A program made the position numbers and the translations under genes. The notes under the pieces were generated by a model. It worked only from the letters and a program-made list of their open reading frames with translations, was not told where the DNA came from and ran no database searches. From Nanoarchaeum equitans Kin4-M (lineage in GTDB: Archaea; Nanobdellota; Nanobdellia; Nanobdellales; Nanoarchaeaceae), in the NCBI GenBank assembly GCA_000008085.1, contig AE017199.1, positions 120,001 through 152,000 on the forward strand: a DNA stretch of 32,000 nucleotides, given 5' to 3'. Positions 8,999 to 17,365 of the stretch are shown one piece after another (positions within the stretch are counted from its first letter, which is position 1; every line of letters begins with the position of its first letter).

Positions 8999-9858
8999 TC
9001 TCTAAAGTAAAAGTCGTTCGACACTATTATGTATAACTCTTTTGGATTAAGTATTTTTCCGTTTTGGGGCTCAAAATAAGTACAATTGTTTTTTTGGTTT
9101 GGCAATAATGGTTTGTCACATATAGCTGTAATACAATGGCCCAAGGTTTCATTTATTTTATAGCAAACTATCGATGGGTTTTTTATTTCTATTGTATAAG
9201 CTTTAGCGTTGGGCAAATAATATATAGTATTACCTTCTTTGTATAAATAAAGCTTACTATTGTTCTGTTTAACATAAAAAGTTATTTTCTTATAACCGTT
9301 TCTAGCTAAATAATATATTAGGGAATAAGCAAACAAACTCCAATCTTCACAATCCCCTCCTTTAGTTCTAATAAATTCGTCAACACTTTCTAAATAATCG
9401 CCGCTCTCTTTTTTATAAGAGAAACCCAATTTATTTTGCATTATATTAACTAGGCAAGCGTAGTTAAGGGTATCATTGTTGGTACATTTATCTAATGGCA
9501 AATCTGTAAAATTATAGTTTTGCGCTTTTATTAGGAATTTAATTCTATCATTGTTAGAATACTGTGATTCCAGATTGGTTAATTTTAACCTTAAATAATA
9601 ATTCTCGGATTCTAATTTTTTGTTTTGTTCTTCCAATTTTTTTATAGTTTCGTTTTTAGTCTCTAATAAACCAATAGTTTGGTTATATTTTTTTAAAAGA
9701 CTACCATATTGGCTTTTCAAACTGTTTAGATTATCCAATAGGGTTTTTAGTTTGTGCTCTTTATATTTAAGCTGGAAATATAAATAACCACCTATAGCTA
9801 ATAACATAATTAATGGCAAAGCAAATAGTAAACGAAATATCTTAAATATGAAGAACAT
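8980..9858 (-). CDS. Membrane-anchored coiled-coil protein with a possible transglutaminase-like / papain-fold cysteine peptidase domain
   Basis: N-terminal helix, then a heptad-like stretch (LKTLLDNLNSLKSQ...LESENYYLRLKLTNLESQ), then GGDCEDWSLFAYSLIYYLARNGY (Cys170), later GHCITAI and YFEPQNG. This resembles the C...H...D/E layout of the transglutaminase core. 7 Cys. Confidence 0.4.
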   Translation of the reverse strand: MFFIFKIFRLLFALPLIMLLAIGGYLYFQLKYKEHKLKTLLDNLNSLKSQYGSLLKKYNQTIGLLETKNETIKKLEEQNKKLESENYYLRLKLTNLESQYSNNDRIKFLIKAQNYNFTDLPLDKCTNNDTLNYACLVNIMQNKLGFSYKKESGDYLESVDEFIRTKGGDCEDWSLFAYSLIYYLARNGYKKITFYVKQNNSKLYLYKEGNTIYYLPNAKAYTIEIKNPSIVCYKINETLGHCITAICDKPLLPNQKNNCTYFEPQNGKILNPKELYIIVSNDFYFREWQFWK

Positions 9859-9878
9859 TAAAATTTAGATTGAGTCTA

Positions 9879-9884
9879 ATTAAA
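9879..9884 (-). promoter_or_regulatory. TATA-like box (TTTAAT) for gene 8980..9858
   Basis: The hexamer ends 21 nt before the ATG at 9858. It sits directly after the thermosome stop codon. Confidence 0.5.
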
Positions 9885-9887
9885 AAT

Positions 9888-11510
9888 TTATTCTTCTTCT
9901 GGTAATTCTGGTTCTTTCTTGGATTCGCCCTCTTTCTTGGTTGCGGCTATAACATCGTCTATCCTTAATATCATTATTGCTGCCTCAGTTGCGGATTTTA
10001 TTGCTTGGGATTTTACTCTGAATGGTTCTATAACACCTTTTTCCCACATATCTGCTACTTTGCCTTCGAATACATCTACACCAGCCCATTTTTCTCCTTT
10101 TTCGTGCCTACTTCTTAGTTCGGCCATTATTTCTATTGGGTCTAAACCTGCGTTTTCTGCTAAGGTTTGTGGTATTATTTCTAAGGAATCAGCAAACTTC
10201 AATGCTGCTAATTGTTCTTTAGATGGTAATTGTTGTGCCCATTCTCTTAGTCTTTTTGCTAGTTCTACTTCTACTGCTCCACCCCCAGCAACTACTTTAC
10301 CATCTTTTAATGCAACTGCCACATCTTTCATTGCATCAGTTAATGCTCTTTCTATTTCATCAACTATATGTTCTGTACCACCCCTAATTAATATAGTAAC
10401 TGCCCTTGGATTCTTGCAACCTGTTACAAATACCATGCTCTCTCCAGCAACTTTTCTTTCTTCTACCAATTCAGCTTCTCCTAGATCCTCTGGGGTTAGG
10501 TCTTCTACATTTGTTACTATCCTAGCACCAGTTGCTTTAGCTAATTTTTCCATATCGGATTTCTTAACCCTTCTTACTGCGAATATTCCATATTTAGCTA
10601 AATAGTATGCTGCTAAATCATCTATACCTTTTTGTACGAATACGACATTAGCGCCCACTTCTTTTATTTTGTCGACCATTCTCTTTAGCATCTCTTCTTC
10701 TTTTCTTAAGAAAGCATCCAATTGTTCGGGAGAGGTTATATTTATCCTAGCGTCTATTTCTGTTTCTTTAACTTCTAATGCTCCATTGATTAAAGCTATT
10801 TTTGCATTTTTGACTACTTTAGGCATTCCTGGATGGACTCTTTCTTTGTCTATTACCACACCATCAACTAATTCAGTATCTTCTACACCTCCACCAATTT
10901 TCTTTTCTATTTTTATAGAATCTATATCTACTACTGTTTTACCATCAACTTCGTATGTTACTTTTCTAACAGCATCAACTACCAAGTCTGCTAAGAAGTC
11001 TCTTGCTAATTCTGCTACTTTTCCAGTCATTGCTGTTTTAGCTATTTTCTTTAGAACCTCTACATCATCTTTTGTTATTTTTTCTGCTATTTCGTCTAAT
11101 TCTTTTAATGCCCTATCTGCAGCTTTTCTGTAACCTTCAGCTATAACAGTTGGATGTACACCCATGTCTAATAATTCTTCAGCGTTCTTTAGCAATTCAC
11201 CAGCGATTACTACAGCTGTAGTAGTACCGTCTCCTACTTCTTCTTCTTGGGTTTTTGCTACTTCAACAATTAATTTCGCTGCAGGGTGTACTACTTCCAT
11301 TTGTTCTAATATTGTTACACCGTCGTTTGTTACAGTTATATCTCCTAATTCGTCTACAAGCATTTTATCCATCCCTCTAGGACCTAAAGTAGTTCTTACA
11401 GTTTCCGCTACTAATCTTGCAGCCATGATATTTGTTCTTAAAGCGTCTCTTCCTACTGTTCTTACATAGTTTTCGGGCAAAATTATTACGGGTTGTACGG
11501 ATTTGGTCAT
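9888..11510 (-). CDS. ths: Thermosome subunit (group II chaperonin)
   Basis: 540 aa. [25 protein letters not shown] and [10 protein letters not shown], with an acidic C-terminal tail. Confidence 0.95.
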   Translation of the reverse strand: MTKSVQPVIILPENYVRTVGRDALRTNIMAARLVAETVRTTLGPRGMDKMLVDELGDITVTNDGVTILEQMEVVHPAAKLIVEVAKTQEEEVGDGTTTAVVIAGELLKNAEELLDMGVHPTVIAEGYRKAADRALKELDEIAEKITKDDVEVLKKIAKTAMTGKVAELARDFLADLVVDAVRKVTYEVDGKTVVDIDSIKIEKKIGGGVEDTELVDGVVIDKERVHPGMPKVVKNAKIALINGALEVKETEIDARINITSPEQLDAFLRKEEEMLKRMVDKIKEVGANVVFVQKGIDDLAAYYLAKYGIFAVRRVKKSDMEKLAKATGARIVTNVEDLTPEDLGEAELVEERKVAGESMVFVTGCKNPRAVTILIRGGTEHIVDEIERALTDAMKDVAVALKDGKVVAGGGAVEVELAKRLREWAQQLPSKEQLAALKFADSLEIIPQTLAENAGLDPIEIMAELRSRHEKGEKWAGVDVFEGKVADMWEKGVIEPFRVKSQAIKSATEAAIMILRIDDVIAATKKEGESKKEPELPEEE

Positions 11511-11530
11511 ACGTAATAAAATGTTATGCT

Positions 11531-11536
11531 ATTAAA
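11531..11536 (-). promoter_or_regulatory. TATA-like box (TTTAAT) for the thermosome gene
   Basis: 11531-21=11510, the first base of the ATG. Confidence 0.55.
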
Positions 11537-11630
11537 AACATTATGGCTAAAATTATAGCTTTTTTGTCCGAGCAAATCTATTACAATCGTTTAGCCGAAA
11601 ATAAAAAATAAAATGGTCTATTAGTATATT

Positions 11631-11636
11631 TATAAA
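11631..11636 (+). promoter_or_regulatory. TATA box (TATAAA) for top6B
   Basis: 11636+21=11657, the first base of the GTG start. Confidence 0.55.
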
Positions 11637-11656
11637 CTAATAATAAAATAATACAA

Positions 11657-13360
11657 GTGAGGAGAACCTTCAGAGAAGCTACTATTGCTGAGTTCTTTGA
11701 GAAAAATAAACAATTCTTAGGGTTTGATAGTCCAAGAAAAGCTTTAGTAATGACTGTTAAAGAGCTAGTAGATAACGCCCTCGATGCTACAGAGGAAGCG
11801 AGAATATTGCCTACAATCAAAGTTACATTAAAAGAAGGCAAATATATGACAGTTAGAGTCGAAGATAACGGACCTGGAATACCTTTTAACGAAGTTCCAA
11901 ATGTTTTTGGCAAATTCCTATATGGTACAAAATTCCATGTGTTGAAACAAAATAGAGGCCAACAAGGTATTGGTGCTGCGGCAATAACATTGTATTCCCA
12001 ACTAACAACGGGTAAACCAATTAGGGTATGGGACAAACCAATAGATTCAAACAAAGCTTATTATTATGAAATAATGATTGATACAAAAAGGAACGAGCCT
12101 GAAGTATTAGTAAAAAAGGAAGTAAAACTAAACATAAAACATGGACTAATTGTTGAAGCAGACATAAAGGGAGAATACACAAAAGGAAAACAAAGCGTAG
12201 ACCAATATTTAAAATTAACAGCAGTTGCTAATCCCCATGCAGAAATAATATATAGAACTCCAAAAGGAGAATACATAGTTTTCAAAAGAGGCACAAATGA
12301 ATTGCCTCCCTTGCCTAAAGAAATAAAACCCCATCCCCATGGTATAGAATTGGGACAACTAAAGAAAATGGTTAGCGAACATAAAGGCGATCTAATGGAT
12401 TTCTTAATAAAGAATTTTTCTTCTGTAGGAGAAGACAAAGCAAAAGAAATACTAGCTAGATATATATTCTATAAAGAAGGCAAAGAGGATTTTGAAAAGT
12501 TCTTTAAAAGATTTAGAGGGAGAAAAATTGATATAAAATCATTAACTAGTGAAGATTTGGAATTATTGCTAAAAGCAATGAGAGAGACCAAATTAAAAAT
12601 GCCTTCAGCCAAAGCTTTAATACCGATTGGAGAAAAAAATTTGCAAATTGGTATTACTAAAGAGTATGATGTAGAATATTTGGCAGTAAAAACTAGGAAA
12701 CCTAAAGTATATTCCGGGGGTATACCATTTTTGGTTGAAGTAGCTATAGGCTATGGAGATTTTGAAAAAGCTGAAATATTAAGGTTTGCCAATAGAACCC
12801 CATTATTGTATAAAGCAGGAGAATGTGCAATAGTTAAAGCTATAAAAGATATAAACTGGAAACGCTATGGTTTTGAGGTAGAGAACAATTTGCCAAAAAA
12901 TGCTTTGATATTAGTACATATTGCCAGTGTTAAAGTCCCATATACTAGTGAATCAAAAGAGGCAATTGCAGATATACCAGAGGTAAGGGAAGAAATAAAA
13001 AGAGCTTTACAAGAAGTCGCAAGAAAAGTTCAGATATATATTAAAAAGAAAGAGGAAACCAAAGAATTGGCAGAGAAATATTTAAGATTTTATGCCTATG
13101 GAAAAGAGATAGAAAGATATTTGCCTAAGCTTATTGACAAAGATGTTGATTCAGTAGTAACTAAAACCATATTAAAGAGATTAGAAGAAGAGCTATTAGA
13201 AAGGATAAAGAACAACAAAACCATTGTAACACATATAGAGAATAAAGACTACGAAACTGCTAAAAAGCTAATAAAGAAAATGGTGATGCCATTGATTAAG
13301 AAAAAAATAATTGATGAAAGCTTTATAGATAGGTTAATCCAACTCTACAATGTCTCCTAA
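11657..13360 (+). CDS. top6B: DNA topoisomerase VI subunit B
   Basis: AEFFEKNKQFLGF, the Bergerat-fold N box ELVDNALDA, and NRGQQGIGAAA. GTG start. Confidence 0.9.
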   Translation: MRRTFREATIAEFFEKNKQFLGFDSPRKALVMTVKELVDNALDATEEARILPTIKVTLKEGKYMTVRVEDNGPGIPFNEVPNVFGKFLYGTKFHVLKQNRGQQGIGAAAITLYSQLTTGKPIRVWDKPIDSNKAYYYEIMIDTKRNEPEVLVKKEVKLNIKHGLIVEADIKGEYTKGKQSVDQYLKLTAVANPHAEIIYRTPKGEYIVFKRGTNELPPLPKEIKPHPHGIELGQLKKMVSEHKGDLMDFLIKNFSSVGEDKAKEILARYIFYKEGKEDFEKFFKRFRGRKIDIKSLTSEDLELLLKAMRETKLKMPSAKALIPIGEKNLQIGITKEYDVEYLAVKTRKPKVYSGGIPFLVEVAIGYGDFEKAEILRFANRTPLLYKAGECAIVKAIKDINWKRYGFEVENNLPKNALILVHIASVKVPYTSESKEAIADIPEVREEIKRALQEVARKVQIYIKKKEETKELAEKYLRFYAYGKEIERYLPKLIDKDVDSVVTKTILKRLEEELLERIKNNKTIVTHIENKDYETAKKLIKKMVMPLIKKKIIDESFIDRLIQLYNVS

Positions 13361-13780
13361 ACTGTATAGCTCTTCTTTCGCTTTTTCTTGGGATAAAGCC
13401 ACTTTTTTCTTTTCCATTATTTTTATGCCCAATAGTTTCTCTATTTTTTTAGCTAGCTTCTCACTAGGATAATAATCCCCGCTCTCTATTTTACTTATTG
13501 TATTTATATCTGTGTGTAATAGCTTTGCTAAATCTGATTGAGTTAAACCCTTTTCTTCTCTAGCCTTCTTTATTAGTTCATTAAAATTGGGCACAAACTC
13601 TATTATTTCTTCAACAATTGGTTTGCGTTCCTCTTTAGATATTGTTTTTTTCAAATCTATTATTTCTAGGATTTTACCATAGCTAGAACAGCTTTTGCAA
13701 ACTTTTAGCTTGGTGCCTTCTATTTCTATAATGTAAAGTTTGTCTCTAATGGGATCTCCACAAATTTCACAATAATACAT
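13334..13780 (-). CDS. mbf1: Archaeal multiprotein bridging factor 1 (zinc ribbon plus XRE-type HTH)
   Basis: CEICG...CKSC at the N-terminus and GLTQSDLAKLLHTDINTISKIESG at the C-terminus. Its 3' end overlaps top6B by 27 nt. Confidence 0.8.
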   Translation of the reverse strand: MYYCEICGDPIRDKLYIIEIEGTKLKVCKSCSSYGKILEIIDLKKTISKEERKPIVEEIIEFVPNFNELIKKAREEKGLTQSDLAKLLHTDINTISKIESGDYYPSEKLAKKIEKLLGIKIMEKKKVALSQEKAKEELYSLGDIVELD

Positions 13781-13800
13781 GTTATGGCTATATAGTATTT

Positions 13801-13806
13801 TTTAAA
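13801..13806. promoter_or_regulatory. Shared palindromic TTTAAA for the divergent pair mbf1(-)/rpl4(+)
   Basis: 13801-21=13780 and 13806+21=13827. The spacer is exactly 46 bp. Confidence 0.6.
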
Positions 13807-13826
13807 ACCTTTGCTAGTTAAGACCA

Positions 13827-14633
13827 ATGGAAGTACCTTTATACAATTTACAAGCCTCGCAAGTGGGCAATATAGAATTGCCCCCACAATTTAATGAAAA
13901 AATAAGATTTGATGTTATAAAAAGGGCTTTCTTAGCTATACAATCCCATAAAAGACAACCTTATGGGGCAAGCCCTATTGCTGGTAAACAACATAGTGCA
14001 TGGACTTCTAAGAGAAGGAGAAGCTGGAGAACTAGCTATGGAAGAGGTATATCAAGGGTTTCCAGGGCTATATTAAGAAGGCATGGCGCATTATTTTATT
14101 GGGTAGCTAGAAACATAGCACAAGCTGTAAAAGGTAAAAAAGCCCACCCCCCAAAGGCTGAAAAGGATTGGTATGAAAAAATAAACAAAAAAGAGAGAAG
14201 ACTAGCAATAAGGTCTGCTTTAGCCGCAACTAAAGAATTAGATTTAGTAAAAGCTAGGGGACACATAATAGATAAGCCTGTTCCAATAGTTGTAGATGGG
14301 TTAGAACAATTGAGAAAAACAAAAGAGATACAACAATTATTATTAAAATTGGGATTAGAAAAGGAATTAGAAAGGGTATATGAAATCAAAAGGAGGGCTG
14401 GTAAAGGTAAGAGAAGAGGTAGAGCATATATAGAAAGAAAAGGCCCATTAATTGTGGTAAATGACTATAACGAACAACTATTCAAAGCTGTAGATAACAT
14501 TCCAGGGTTAGATATAGAGGAAGTCCCTAATTTGAATGTAGAACTACTCGCCCCCGGGGCGAAACCAGGAAGGCTATTAATTATTTCTAAAGATGCTTTA
14601 GAAACTCTTAGAGAGAGGAAACTTTTCTTTTAA
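13827..14633 (+). CDS. rpl4: 50S ribosomal protein uL4 (L4P/L1e)
   Basis: QPYGASPIAGKQHSAWTSKRRRSWRTSYGRGISRVSR is typical of archaeal L4. Confidence 0.9.
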   Translation: MEVPLYNLQASQVGNIELPPQFNEKIRFDVIKRAFLAIQSHKRQPYGASPIAGKQHSAWTSKRRRSWRTSYGRGISRVSRAILRRHGALFYWVARNIAQAVKGKKAHPPKAEKDWYEKINKKERRLAIRSALAATKELDLVKARGHIIDKPVPIVVDGLEQLRKTKEIQQLLLKLGLEKELERVYEIKRRAGKGKRRGRAYIERKGPLIVVNDYNEQLFKAVDNIPGLDIEEVPNLNVELLAPGAKPGRLLIISKDALETLRERKLFF

Positions 14634-15251
14634 CTTTCTATAAGCTTTAAAATATTGCCTTAAAATATATAGTTTGCTCACATTGGCTGCATACTCCATT
14701 ATTGGATCTTTTATTTTAGAGGTTACCATCCCTAAGGCAGGCCCTATAGTTAAAGACCAAACCAAATATGGAGGAAACAATTCTTTGAATTTCTCTTTGA
14801 AACTAATGTCTTTCCCTCTATATTTCTCCAACAAACTATCTAACAATGCGACATACCCAACAAACAATGCTTCGCTAATAATGTTATCCAATGGGTATCC
14901 GAAATTTGTTTTGGGCATGTGAGAATCTATTATATAATAAGTTCCAATTATTCCTAGGTAATCAAACAAAATGTTTGCTAAATATTTAGCTATGCTTTTT
15001 CCTATATATTTTGACTGCATATCCCTTATGTGCTCTAAATATGGATCCTTATTGGGAGTTTTTATTGAAATATAGTCTACAATCTCTTGAGTTGGCAACA
15101 ATACTATATCTTTTTCGTTATCTGAAGTAATCATAAATAAACCATATGGTTTTGCAATTCTTCCATCTTTTAATTTATAATGATCTATTTGGTAATTAGA
15201 AAGCAAATCTTGTAATAACAAATCGTTTACCCTTAGAACATATTCTGGCAT
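14598..15251 (-). CDS. Hypothetical protein
   Basis: 217-aa ORF with an exact -21 TTTAAA promoter (15272..15277). No family recognised. It overlaps the rpl4 3' end by 36 nt. Confidence 0.55.
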   Translation of the reverse strand: MPEYVLRVNDLLLQDLLSNYQIDHYKLKDGRIAKPYGLFMITSDNEKDIVLLPTQEIVDYISIKTPNKDPYLEHIRDMQSKYIGKSIAKYLANILFDYLGIIGTYYIIDSHMPKTNFGYPLDNIISEALFVGYVALLDSLLEKYRGKDISFKEKFKELFPPYLVWSLTIGPALGMVTSKIKDPIMEYAANVSKLYILRQYFKAYRKLKEKFPLSKSF

Positions 15252-15271
15252 TTACTACTATTAAGTGATAA

Positions 15272-15277
15272 TTTAAA
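15272..15277 (-). promoter_or_regulatory. TATA-like box (TTTAAA) for gene 14598..15251
   Basis: 15272-21=15251. It lies between the tRNA-Pro 3' end and the ATG. Confidence 0.55.
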
Positions 15278-15279
15278 AA

Positions 15280-15353
15280 TGGGGCCGCCGGGATTTGAAC
15301 CCGGGACCTCCGGCGCCCCAGGCCGGCGCCCTACCAAGCTGGGCCACGGCCCC
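15280..15353 (-). tRNA. tRNA-Pro (anticodon GGG)
   Basis: The reverse complement folds as GGGGCCG/TG/GCCC-AGCTTGGTA-GGGC/G/CCGGC-CTGGGGC-GCCGG/AGGTC/CCGGG-TTCAAAT-CCCGG/CGGCCCC/A. No encoded CCA. Confidence 0.95.
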
Positions 15354-15372
15354 AAGCATAATATAAAAACTA

Positions 15373-15378
15373 TTTAAA
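15373..15378 (-). promoter_or_regulatory. TATA-like box for tRNA-Pro
   Basis: TTTAAA lies at -25..-20 relative to tRNA +1 (15353). It overlaps the stop codon region of the YjbQ gene. Confidence 0.55.
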
Positions 15379-15775
15379 GATGTTTTATTATAATTTTTCT
15401 CTCCCTTGGGCCATCAAATTCTAAGAATAATACTCTCTGCCATGTTCCTAATTGTAAATCGTTATTCTCTACAGGTATAAAAATCGAATGCCCAAATAAA
15501 CTGGCTAACAAATGTGCATCTGCATTATTGTCTATTAGATTATGCTTATATGGGTAATCGGTTGGCATTATCCTTTCGAACAAATTATAAAAATCCTCTA
15601 TTAAATTGGGTTCATATTCGTTTATTGTAATAGCTGTGGTAGTGTGAGGGATAAACAAAAACAATATTCCATCTCTTATTTTTATGTTTTCTCTAACTAA
15701 ATCAGTAATATCAATTATTTCTCTCCTTTTGTGGGTTTTTATTTTGATTATCATTTTTATTTGTTTGTTCATCAT
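15374..15775 (-). CDS. YjbQ/UPF0047 family protein (secondary thiamine-phosphate synthase-like)
   Basis: HTTTAITINEYEPNL, NADAHLLASLFGHS and LGTWQRVLFLEFDGPRERK. The start may be the ATG at 15754 (MIIKIKTHKRREIIDITD). Confidence 0.8.
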   Translation of the reverse strand: MMNKQIKMIIKIKTHKRREIIDITDLVRENIKIRDGILFLFIPHTTTAITINEYEPNLIEDFYNLFERIMPTDYPYKHNLIDNNADAHLLASLFGHSIFIPVENNDLQLGTWQRVLFLEFDGPRERKIIIKHL

Positions 15776-17045
15776 TTATACATCTATTGGGGATTGGCCC
15801 ATAGTATCCTGTAGCCTCTTCATAATTCTCTTTTATCAAACTATGCAATTTATTAGACAATTCTATTTGTTTTACCCATTCTCCTTCTAATTTTGATTGG
15901 CGAGCCATAGTTCCTAAAAATCTAACCATCTCTTTAGATAAAGGCTTTGGCTTACATAAAGCCCATGGTGTACCGGGTAAGGGCATAAAATAATGAGCCC
16001 TTACTTTCCCTCCTTTAGAAATAATCCATTTCATCAATTCTATAGTATTTCTATCGCTTTCTTCATCTTCATAAGGAGTACCGACGATAAAATCGACTAT
16101 TGGAGTAAACCCATATTCTATAGAATATTCTACAGCCCTCTTTATTGTTTCCACATCATGTAGTCTATGCATTAGTTTTAGTATTCTATTATCACCACTT
16201 TGCGCCCCAATAATTATTTTTCTATTGTCAGCATATTTTAATAACAATTCTAAAGTTTCTGGTATAACGAATTCTGGTCTTACTTCACTAGGAAAAGTTC
16301 CGAAAAATAGCCTTCTTCCTTCTTTTCTTAGAGGTTGTAACGCCCTAAGCAAAGCCTCTAGTTTTTCCAAAACCAATATAGCACCTGGGGATCCATAAGC
16401 AAAAGCGTTAGGAGAAATGTAACGCATATCTCTTAGATAGCGGGAATGTTTTACTATTTGGTCTATAGGTCTATGTCTCATTCTAAATCCCTTAAAGAAT
16501 GGGGTTTGACAATAATTGCAACCAAAGGGACAACCCCTACTAATCTCTATAGGGCCTACCATTCTTATAGATTCTGCGAATGGTGGATATTTATAAAAAT
16601 CTTCTACTTTTGCAAAACCTGTAAATTTGTAACCATTTAAATTAAAAGCTAACCCTCTAATAGTTAACAAATCCTTATTGATTGCTTTGTTCTTTTTTAG
16701 ATTTTCCAATAAATAATATAAAGTTTCTTCTCCTTCTCCTACTACAGCGATATCGAAACCCATCTTTAATGTATGTCTAGGCATAGCACTAGCATGGTAA
16801 CCTCCAGCGATGGCTATAGCATTTATTTTGCTTTTTAGCATTTGGATTTCTTTTTTTACTTCCCAAACCTCTGTGCTATAGAAAGAATATAAAACAATTT
16901 TTGGTTTTGTTTTGATTAGATCTTCGAAGCTTCTCGCTATTGCTATTTCATTTATATCAAAGCCTTGTTTCTCTAATGCGCCTAATAGATAAGAAAAAGC
17001 ATTTCTATTGTTTTTAGTTAACCTTATAGCTATCACAGTATGCAT
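15711..17045 (-). CDS. Radical SAM protein with an N-terminal B12-binding-like domain
   Basis: SRGCPFGCNYCQTPF (CxxxCxxC) preceded by a Rossmann-like domain. TATAAA at 17057..17062 predicts a leaderless in-frame GTG start at 17036. Confidence 0.75.
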   Translation of the reverse strand: MHTVIAIRLTKNNRNAFSYLLGALEKQGFDINEIAIARSFEDLIKTKPKIVLYSFYSTEVWEVKKEIQMLKSKINAIAIAGGYHASAMPRHTLKMGFDIAVVGEGEETLYYLLENLKKNKAINKDLLTIRGLAFNLNGYKFTGFAKVEDFYKYPPFAESIRMVGPIEISRGCPFGCNYCQTPFFKGFRMRHRPIDQIVKHSRYLRDMRYISPNAFAYGSPGAILVLEKLEALLRALQPLRKEGRRLFFGTFPSEVRPEFVIPETLELLLKYADNRKIIIGAQSGDNRILKLMHRLHDVETIKRAVEYSIEYGFTPIVDFIVGTPYEDEESDRNTIELMKWIISKGGKVRAHYFMPLPGTPWALCKPKPLSKEMVRFLGTMARQSKLEGEWVKQIELSNKLHSLIKENYEEATGYYGPIPNRCINDEQTNKNDNQNKNPQKERNN

Positions 17046-17071
17046 ATAAATGTCTATTTATATTTTCGTAT

Positions 17072-17365
17072 ATGGATTTAGAAGAGATTAGAAAAAAGAA
17101 ATTGGAAGAATTAAAAAAGGAAGAAGCAAAGAGAAAATTGTTAGAGCAATTAGAATCGAATGTTATGCAGTATCTAACTTCGGAAGCAAAACAAAGGTTA
17201 TATAATATAAAAATGGCCCACCCTGAAAAATATGAATTGGCATTACAAATATTATATAGGGTAATACAGCAAACCCCAACAATTATTGATGATACAACAT
17301 TAAAAAAGCTATTGGCTAAGCTATTCCAAAAAAGGGAGCCAAAGATAAGATTTATAAGGAAGTAA
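17072..17365 (+). CDS. PDCD5/TFAR19-like DNA-binding protein (COG2118)
   Basis: 97 aa with a basic coiled N-terminus and LTSEAKQRLYNIKMAHPEKYELALQIL. TATAAA at 17045..17050 lies at -27..-22. Confidence 0.65.
   Translation: MDLEEIRKKKLEELKKEEAKRKLLEQLESNVMQYLTSEAKQRLYNIKMAHPEKYELALQILYRVIQQTPTIIDDTTLKKLLAKLFQKREPKIRFIRK

Noticed and set aside
9919-11469. Three plus-strand ORFs (9919..10605, 10669..11133, 11164..11469) antisense to the thermosome gene
   Set aside because: These are shadow ORFs. Their Ser/Thr/Ala-rich, low-complexity translations are produced by the complement of GAA/GCT/GTT-rich chaperonin codons. The thermosome frame has unmistakable family motifs.
11581-12438. Minus-strand ORFs 11581..12054 and 12064..12438 antisense to top6B
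   Set aside because: They sit inside a well-supported gene and have no recognisable motifs. The first would also run through both mapped promoter hexamers.
15766-15775. Other ATGATGA / GTGATGA / TTGATGA C-box-like heptamers (for example 15769..15775, 31424..31430, 6784..6790, 21067..21073, 24159..24165)
   Set aside because: I checked each for CTGA 9-13 nt downstream and for a second box pair, and found none. Two of them are simply Met-Met start codons (MMNKQ, MMKKE). About 7 such heptamers are expected by chance at this base composition.
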